DNA from: Octopus vulgaris
Taxonomy: Eukaryota
Length of the DNA: 64,000 bases
Reading direction: 5' to 3'
Assembly: GCA_951406725.2 (NCBI GenBank)
Contig: OX597825.1
Span: 77,934,001 to 77,998,000 of the forward strand
This document shows, in pieces, positions 56,261 to 64,000 of this stretch (the stretch's first letter is position 1; every line of letters begins with the position of its first letter). Under the pieces are notes generated by a model. It searched no databases and had not been told where the DNA came from. It worked only from the letters and a program-made list of their open reading frames with translations. Both the position numbers and the translations under genes were made by a program.

Positions 56261-56655
56261 TATATATATATATACACACACACATTTATATAAAATAATC
56301 AGTATATAAGTCTTAATTTATCAAACTTCAATAAGTTTCATCAAATAAATGAAGTAGAATAGATATTAGAATGGATTATCCTTTTATCTCATAATCCCAT
56401 ACATACATAGAAGGATAAGCACATCATGAAATACTTTACGCGAGATGAAAACAGATTGTGTATTCCACTTTATATGCAAAATGCACATACATGCAAACAC
56501 ACACGTACATTACATGCATATATACAGACAAACAGACAGACGGATAGATAGATAGGTAGGTGCGTATTTTTGTATGTGTACATATATATATGTGTGTGTA
56601 TGTGTTTGTGTATATGTAGCAACATCTGATAGCCTGGTCGGTCACGGTGATCACG

Positions 56656-56708
<53 letters not shown>

Positions 56709-56713
<5 letters not shown>

Positions 56714-56926
56714 CGTGATCACCGTGACCGACCAGGCTATCAGATGTTGCTACACATCGCTGGTCACAATGCGCTTCGCATTGTTTTAGCCTCCAAAAGA
56801 GTGAGAGAAAGTTGTGGTGAAAGAGTACAGCAGGGATCACCACCATCCCCTGCTGGAGCCTCGTGGAGCTTTAGGTGTTTTCGCTCAATAAATACTCACA
56901 ACGCCCGGTCTGGGAATCGAAACCGC

Positions 56927-56927
<1 letters not shown>
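56709..56927 (-). mobile_element. SINE subfamily C1, 5'-truncated and internally deleted
   Basis: Matches 4354-4610. Confidence 0.85.
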
Positions 56928-56968
<41 letters not shown>

Positions 56969-57628
56969 TCACCGTTCCCTCTCTCACTCCTTCTCGACTC
57001 TCTCATCGCTAACACGTGACGAAAGATAATCTGTCTTTCTGCCCACAACCTTTGTAAAGAAAAAGCGTGCTTATACTGTCTCCTTCATAAGCTCGTCCTT
57101 CTAGGGTTCAAAAAATTTTTTTTATATTGTCTCGGCTTAACAGCCCGCGCCGTATGTTTTTACTGTTTTGTTCTCTCTGTCCTGTTCTTGTTACCACTTT
57201 AACCCTCCACAAAAAATCCAAAATTTTATTTAATTTGCTTTGCGAGAAGAACTATTTCAACGAAGTCGCGTCTTGTCCTTGCCTTCGAAAACGTGGAGTA
57301 GTTGAAACAGGGACAACTGAAGAAGGGGAATATTCTTTATGTTGTATGTCTCATTTCTCTGTTTTTTCGTTGTTCGAATAAATGTTCGTTTCTATGTTTT
57401 TGTTTTTATGTTTTCGTTTCTCATTGTGTTCAACGTTTTTTTTATGTCCTGTACCCATATATGCATGTATATATACATATATATGTAGGTATGTATGTAT
57501 ATATATAATTATATATTATTTATATTATATATATATAATATATATATATATCATATATATTGTATTATATATTATTAATATATTATTATATAATTATATA
57601 TACATACATATACATACATATATATACA

Positions 57629-57660
57629 CTAGACGTGCTACTACCCAGCGTTGCCCAGTA
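57629..57660 (-). mobile_element. Helitron-like 3' terminus
   Basis: Minus strand ctgggcaacgctggg...CTAG-T, similar to 45554-45582. Confidence 0.5.
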
Positions 57661-58124
57661 AAGTATTCACGGAATTATTTGCCAGTTTGTAGAATGGGAA
57701 TTCATGGTACTTATGCATGTATATTTAAACTAACCTCTGGAATTATTTATTTGGAACTATCCAAATAAGAGTAATCAATTTACATGAGAAGAATTTTTTT
57801 TATATAATCCTTATCCTGAAGTTCAGTTGTTACTTTTGTTTCAAAGTTAAAGAAAGAATAAATTGAAAGATGTGTGAGCGTGTATATGAAATGGACGTGT
57901 ATGTGAGAGAGAGAGAGAGAGAAGGAAAGAGAGAAAGAGAGAGTACCACTTACACATACATGAGAACACACACGTTCACTCACTCTCTCTCACGCACATA
58001 CATACCAAAAACATGTAAGCGTATGTATTGATGTATGTACGTATACATGACAATACACCTCTTCACTCACTCTCTCTTTCTCTCTTTATTTTTCTCCCTC
58101 TTCCTCTCTCTATTTCTCTCTCAT

Positions 58125-58254
58125 TTAATCGACCCCGAAAGGTTAAAAGGGAAAGTCGACCTCGGCGGAATTTGAACTCAGAATGTAACAGCAGACGAAA
58201 TACCGCTAAGCATTTCGCCCGGATTGCTAACGTTTCTGCCAGCTCGCCGCCTTA
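58125..58254 (-). mobile_element. SINE family B, 5' part
   Basis: Similar to the reverse complement of 32948-33075. Confidence 0.85.
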
Positions 58255-58304
58255 ATTGTACTAATAACTTTTTTGTCTAATGATATTCAATTATTTTTTT
58301 ATTC

Positions 58305-58813
58305 TTTTATTCTTTTACTCGTTTCAGTCATTTGACTGCAGCCATGCTGGAGCACCGAGTTTAGTCAAGCAAATCGACCACAGGACTTAGTCTTTGTAAG
58401 CCTAGTACTTATTCTATCGGTCTCCTTTGCCGAACCGCTATGTTACGGGGACGTAAACACACCAGCATCGGTTGTCAAGCGATGTTGGGGGAGAAACACA
58501 GACACAAAAACATACACACACACATGCATACACACATACATACACACACATACATACACACACATACACACACACATGCATACACACATACATGTACACA
58601 CATGCATACACACACATACACACACACACATAAATATATATATATATATGTTCGACGGGCTTCTTTCAGTTTCCGTCTACCAAATCCACTCACAAGGATT
58701 TGTTCGATCCGAGGCTAGAGTAGAAGACACTGGCCAAAGATACCACGCAGTGGGACTGAACCCGGAACCATGCGAGAGGTAAGCAAGCTACTTACCACAT
58801 AGCCACTCCTGCG
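58305..58813 (-). mobile_element. SINE family A, full length
   Basis: Matches family A. Confidence 0.9.
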
Positions 58814-59425
58814 ACTATATTTTCTATACTATCTATTTTCCCTTTGTGTTTTATTTCAAGTTATGTTAAAATAAGTTAATATTTTCCACATTTTTTGAAT
58901 TTCCGGTTATTTGATTTCCGGTTTCGTTTCTCTTCTTATCTATTTATTTATTGTTTATGAAATATGAAATGTTATTTAAAGTCAATATCGATTTATTGTA
59001 AGTTGCATGATTCTGTTTATTTATTTCATTTTTGCGATCTCAGTAGTGATAAAGAGGGTTGAAGAATGTTACGTGTGTGTTTGTGTGTGTATGTGTGTCT
59101 GTGTGTACACATATATATGTATATATAACTATATATATATTTATATAGAGAGAGAGAGAGACAGACAGACTGATAGACAGGCAAAAAGATAGACAATAGT
59201 AATAATAATCCTTTCTATTATAGGCAGAAGGCCTGAAATTTTGGAGGAGGGGGGTTAAGTCGATTACATCGACCCCAGTGCATAACTGTTACTTATTTAT
59301 CGATCGCGATAGAATGAAAGGCAAAGTGGACCACAGCGGAATTTGAACTCTGACTGTAAAGACGGACGAAATGCCGCTAAGCATTTTGTCCAGAATGCTA
59401 TCGACTCTGTTAGCTTGCCACCTTC

Positions 59426-59646
59426 AAGAAGAAGAAGAGAAAGAAGAAGGAGAAGAAGAAGAAGAAGAAGAAGAAGAAGAAGGAGGAGGAGGAGAAGAAG
59501 AAGAAGAAGAAGAAGAAGAAGAAGAAGAAGAAGAAGAAGAAGAAGAAGAAGAAGAAGAAGAAGAAGAAGAAGAAGAAGAAGAAGAAGAAGAAGAAGAAGA
59601 AGAAGAAGAAGAAGAAGAAGAAGAAGAAGAAGAAGAAGAAGAAGAA

Positions 59647-59678
<32 letters not shown>

Positions 59679-59680
59679 AA
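59426..59680. repeat. (GAA)n microsatellite next to a family B SINE (59208-59425)
   Basis: Directly visible. Confidence 0.95.
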
Positions 59681-60080
59681 TGCAGCCATTATTTATCTAT
59701 TGAATTTTCTGTGTTGTGAGGATAATGAGAAGTTCTCTCTGACGTTGAGTTTATAATGTAAACTGCAAAACCTTAAAATGGACGTCCATTGAGATAATTA
59801 GTCATGCCATCGTCTTTGCAGTTGACAGCTAGCGGACAGTGTGATAAATAACAGGAAAAAGGGGAGATAATCTACCATAGTCTTAGTTTATCCATTTACT
59901 GTCACTTGTCGAAGCTTTATTGACTTTGGCTTGTCATCAGTTGGCTGTAATTAACGGTCGAAAACGGATATATCGATCTTTCAATTCATCTCTGTCGCTA
60001 TTTCTCTATCCTTGTCTGTTCCTCTCTTTCACTCTCTTTCTCTCACTTTTTCTTCCACTGTCTTTCTTTCTCACTCTCTA

Positions 60081-60181
<101 letters not shown>

Positions 60182-61437
60182 CCCAATGCTTTATATCACT
60201 CTCTGTACTTCTACACCAGACTTAACTCTCTAAGCAAAATATTTCTACAGTCTACCCCTCTGTCATATTCTATAGGTTTTGTTTCTCTCTCTCTCTCTCC
60301 CTCTCTCTCGCCATATCCCTCTCTCTCTCTCTCACCATATCCCTCTCTCTCTCTCTTTCTCTCCTTCTCTCGTTTCCTATCCATCTATCCAAGTATTTAT
60401 CTATCTACCTATCACTTTTTACCCAATCCTTATCTTTAGCTCGTTTCTCTTTCGCCTTTTTCATTTTGCTCTAACTCTTCCATTTTTTTTCGTCTCAATT
60501 CAGTTTTCTATCTTCCTTTCCATATATTCCCCTTCCTTAACTCTCACATCCTCCATCCGTTCTTCTCCCTCTATCTAACGCAACTAGTTTGCGGAGTCAT
60601 TAGAGCGTCTGAAACATTATTTTCCGATAATCGTTCCTTCTCTCTAAGCCGCGAGTTCAATTCCTGTTGAGGTCAAGCTCAACTTTACTCTTCGTTCATT
60701 CGAGTACTTCAAATAAAGTGCCAATCTTGTACAGGATTCGATCGTTTCTTCCGCTCACTCCTTCTGTCTGTCGAGGTCGACTTTGCCTTTCATTCTTTCG
60801 GGATCGATAAAATAAGTAGCAGTCTAGCCCTGAGGATCGAGGTAACTGATGTGCCTCTTCCCGGAAAATTTCATGCTTTGTACCTATTTTAGAAAGTGGG
60901 AATTGAGGCGGAACATTCAGGACCATATCATCTAGAACAGTTTTTCTCAAGCAAGGACTCCCATATGATTTCTGAGGGTCCCAATGATACTGGGTGGGGA
61001 GGCATATGATCTTTGAGGGACCATATGACCTATTTGGAGAAGTGGGATTCAATATGATCTTCGGGGGTTCATAGGATCTTTGGGGGGGGGGTCCATATAT
61101 GATTTTGTTCTTAAAATGACTCGGTTATACTCCAACATTACACAGAATATTTAAACAAATTTTTGATAGACATTCTTAATAATAATATTTAGTCATAAGA
61201 ACATAACAGGATTATTTTAAACACCGATGACTATGGAGTTCCAGTAGCGTTAGAAAATAGGAATTGAAGAGTCCAATGGCCAAAATAAATAAAGTCGAGA
61301 ATGGTTTACTTTCTAAGTTGTTTTCTAAAGTGTTATATATATATACATACACGTATGTATGTATGTATGTATGTATGTATGTATGTATGTATGTATGTAT
61401 GTATGTATGTATGTATGTATATATGTATGTATATAAA

Positions 61438-61591
61438 AGGCGTATGAGTGGTTGTGTGGTAAGTAGCTTGCTTACCAACCACATGGTTCTGGGTTCAGTC
61501 TCACTGCGTGGCACCTTGGGCAATTGTCTTCTACTATAACCTCGGGCCGACCAAAGCCTTGTGAGAGGATTTGGTATATGGAAACTGAAAG

Positions 61592-61661
<70 letters not shown>

Positions 61662-61906
61662 TTATGTATGTGTGTGTATATGTTTGTGTGTCTGTGTTTA
61701 TCCCCCGCCTCTTAACATCGCTTGACAACCGATTCTGGTGAGTTTACATCCCTGCAATTTAGCGGTTCAGCAAAGGAGACCGGTAGAATAAGTACAAGGC
61801 TTACAAAGAATAATTCCTGGGATCGACTTGCTCGACTAAGGGCGGTGCTCCAGCATGGCTGTAGTCAAATGGATTAAACAAGTAAACGGCTAAAAGAATA
61901 AAAGAA
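61438..61906 (+). mobile_element. SINE family A, full length
   Basis: Matches family A. Confidence 0.9.
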
Positions 61907-61948
61907 TATATATACATCTATATATATATATCTCTCTGTATGTATGTG

Positions 61949-61996
<48 letters not shown>

Positions 61997-62314
61997 CACA
62001 CACACACACATTCTTTTTCTTTTATTCATTTACTTGGTTCACTCATTTGACTGTGGCCAGACTGGAGCACCGCCTTTAGTCGACGAGCTTCTTTCAAGTT
62101 CCGTCTAGCAAATCCACTCACAAGGCTTTGGTTGGTCCGAGGATATAGGAGAAAACACTTTCCCTGGGCGCCTCACAGTGAGATTGAACTTGAGATTACG
62201 TAGTTGGGAAGCAATCTTCTTACTACAGGGGCCTTGTTTGTTATTTCTAGCAATTTGATTGACCATGTAATAAAACTTCCACATTAGCGCGTATTGTTGT
62301 GAATAAACCCATGC

Positions 62315-62366
<52 letters not shown>

Positions 62367-62529
62367 GTGTGTATGGATGTATGAGTGTGTAGTTTGTGTG
62401 TGACATGTGTGATTGTGTGTATGTGTTTGGTTTAATACGTTTGTGTGTATTTTTGGATGTGTGTGTTGTGTGGTTTGCGTTGTCGTCCAATATTGCAGAC
62501 ATTTTGTGGCAGTAACAGATCAAGTAATA

Positions 62530-62642
62530 TCCATCACCCCGCCGCCTCCTTCCATCACCCCGCCGCCTCCTTCCATCACCCCGCCGCCTCCTTCCATCAC
62601 CCCGCCGCCTCCTTCCATCACCCCGCCGCCTCCTTCCATCAC
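62530..62642. repeat. 21-bp tandem repeat (ccatcaccccgccgcctcctt) x5
   Basis: Directly visible. Confidence 0.95.
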
Positions 62643-62789
62643 AAACGCCACCACCAAAATTGTCCCACTTATTTACTGCTTACATCCGGTAATCATGCAT
62701 TTATTGCTGCATTTTTTTGGAGTCTTAAATTCAATGGAATTCTTCCCATCTTTTCTAAGGTTTCTTTCTCCCTTTATTCTTCTGCATAA

Positions 62790-62909
62790 GATCTTCTTCT
62801 TCTTCTTCTTCTCTTTCTTCTTCTTCTTCTTCTTCTTCTTCTTCTTCTTCTTCTTCTTCTTCTTCTTCTTCTTCTTCTTCTCCTTCTTCTTCTTCTTCTT
62901 CTTCTTCTT

Positions 62910-62991
<82 letters not shown>

Positions 62992-63082
62992 TTCTTCTTC
63001 TTCTTCTTCTTCTTCTTCTTGTTCTTCTTCTTCTCCTTCTTCTTCTTCTTCTCCTTCTTCTTCTTCTTCTTCTTCTTCTTCT

Positions 63083-63141
<59 letters not shown>

Positions 63142-63198
63142 TTTCTTCTTCTTCTTCTTCTTCTTCTTCTTCTTCTTCTCCATCATCATCATCATCAG

Positions 63199-63247
<49 letters not shown>

Positions 63248-63290
63248 TTCTTCTTCTTCTCCTTATTCTTCTTCTTCTTCCTCATCATCT
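62790..63290. repeat. Compound (TTC)n/(TTA)n/(CAT)n microsatellite
   Basis: Directly visible. Confidence 0.95.
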
Positions 63291-63488
63291 TTTTTCGTGA
63301 ATCCTGTCACTAATAAAGTGAAACTCTTCTTGAAAATACGTTTTGAAAGAATAAAAAACGACAACAAATAAGAAAAAAATAGAGAGGAAGAGAGAGAAAG
63401 AGAAATAAGTCGAAAACCAACATAAGCGACATCCCTCAAAACATACAAATCTGTACGTACAAAAATTCATACATACATGCATACAAAC

Positions 63489-63625
63489 ATACCCTATTGT
63501 TGATGCTGAAGTTCCAAAGTAGGAAACTTGGATCCGAGTTAGAAACCGGGTCTTTCTCTAGTGGCAAAAAATTTTGAGATAGAACTGAATAATGCCATAC
63601 ATACATACGTACATACATACATACA

Positions 63626-63656
<31 letters not shown>

Positions 63657-63812
63657 CATACATACATACATACATACATACATACATACATACAAACAAA
63701 CAAACAAAGTACCCTGTTGTTGATGTTGAAATTCCAATGAAGAAACCTTGGATTTAGGTTAGAAACCGGTTCTTTCTCTGTTGGGAAGAACTCTTGAAAT
63801 AAAACTGAATAA
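63489..63812 (+). repeat. Two diverged ~105-bp units in (CATA)n, each with a decayed HHR-like motif
   Basis: Units 63489-63596 and 63709-63812; the second reads CCAATGA-aga-aacct-tggattt-aggtt-a-GAAA-ccggt-tc. Confidence 0.65.
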
Positions 63813-64000
63813 ATACATACTTACATACATACATACATACATACAAGCATGCATGCATGCATACATACATACATACATACATACATACATACATACATGC
63901 ATACATACATACATACACACACACATACATACATACATACATACATACATACATACATACATACATACATACATACATAGATACATAGATACATACATAC

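Noticed and set aside
57270-57335. Permuted (type II) hammerhead ccttcGAAA...CTGAAGAaggg
   Set aside because: Stems I and III need an extra base and pair poorly; too weak to call.
59899-59942. Minus-strand CTGATGA with an aagc/gctt stem
   Set aside because: GAAA is replaced by GACA and there are no proper stems I/III; may be chance.
62413-63300. 295-aa ORF with ITPPPPS repeats (extensin-like)
   Set aside because: A 21-bp minisatellite joined to trinucleotide tracts and starting in a (TG)n repeat; not a credible protein.

Overview
AT-rich, extremely repeat-dense eukaryotic DNA, probably intergenic or intronic. The SINE and microsatellite repertoire looks to me like an Octopus (cephalopod) genome; this is recognition from memory, not a database result. 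I found no convincing host gene, and nearly all listed ORFs are microsatellite artefacts. The only long real ORF is a 5'-truncated but uninterrupted Penelope-like element (PLE; RT + Cys linker + GIY-YIG, 40505-42052), whose 3' pseudo-LTR carries a minimal hammerhead ribozyme (HHR). Other content: several tRNA-derived SINE families; Tc1/mariner relics and MITEs; CR1 and R4/Dong-type LINE fragments; a probable Chapaev3 relic with a nested non-autonomous Helitron; a perfect 82-bp tandem array. The most interesting signal is more than 10 HHR-like motifs from several families, with recurrent non-canonical cores (CCGANGA; CUGUNGA), plus asymmetric fold-back insertions sitting in (TA)n tracts, including a tRNA-headed family. 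Together these suggest a PLE-driven set of non-autonomous ribozyme/SINE-like passengers. Coordinates were read by eye and element ends are approximate.
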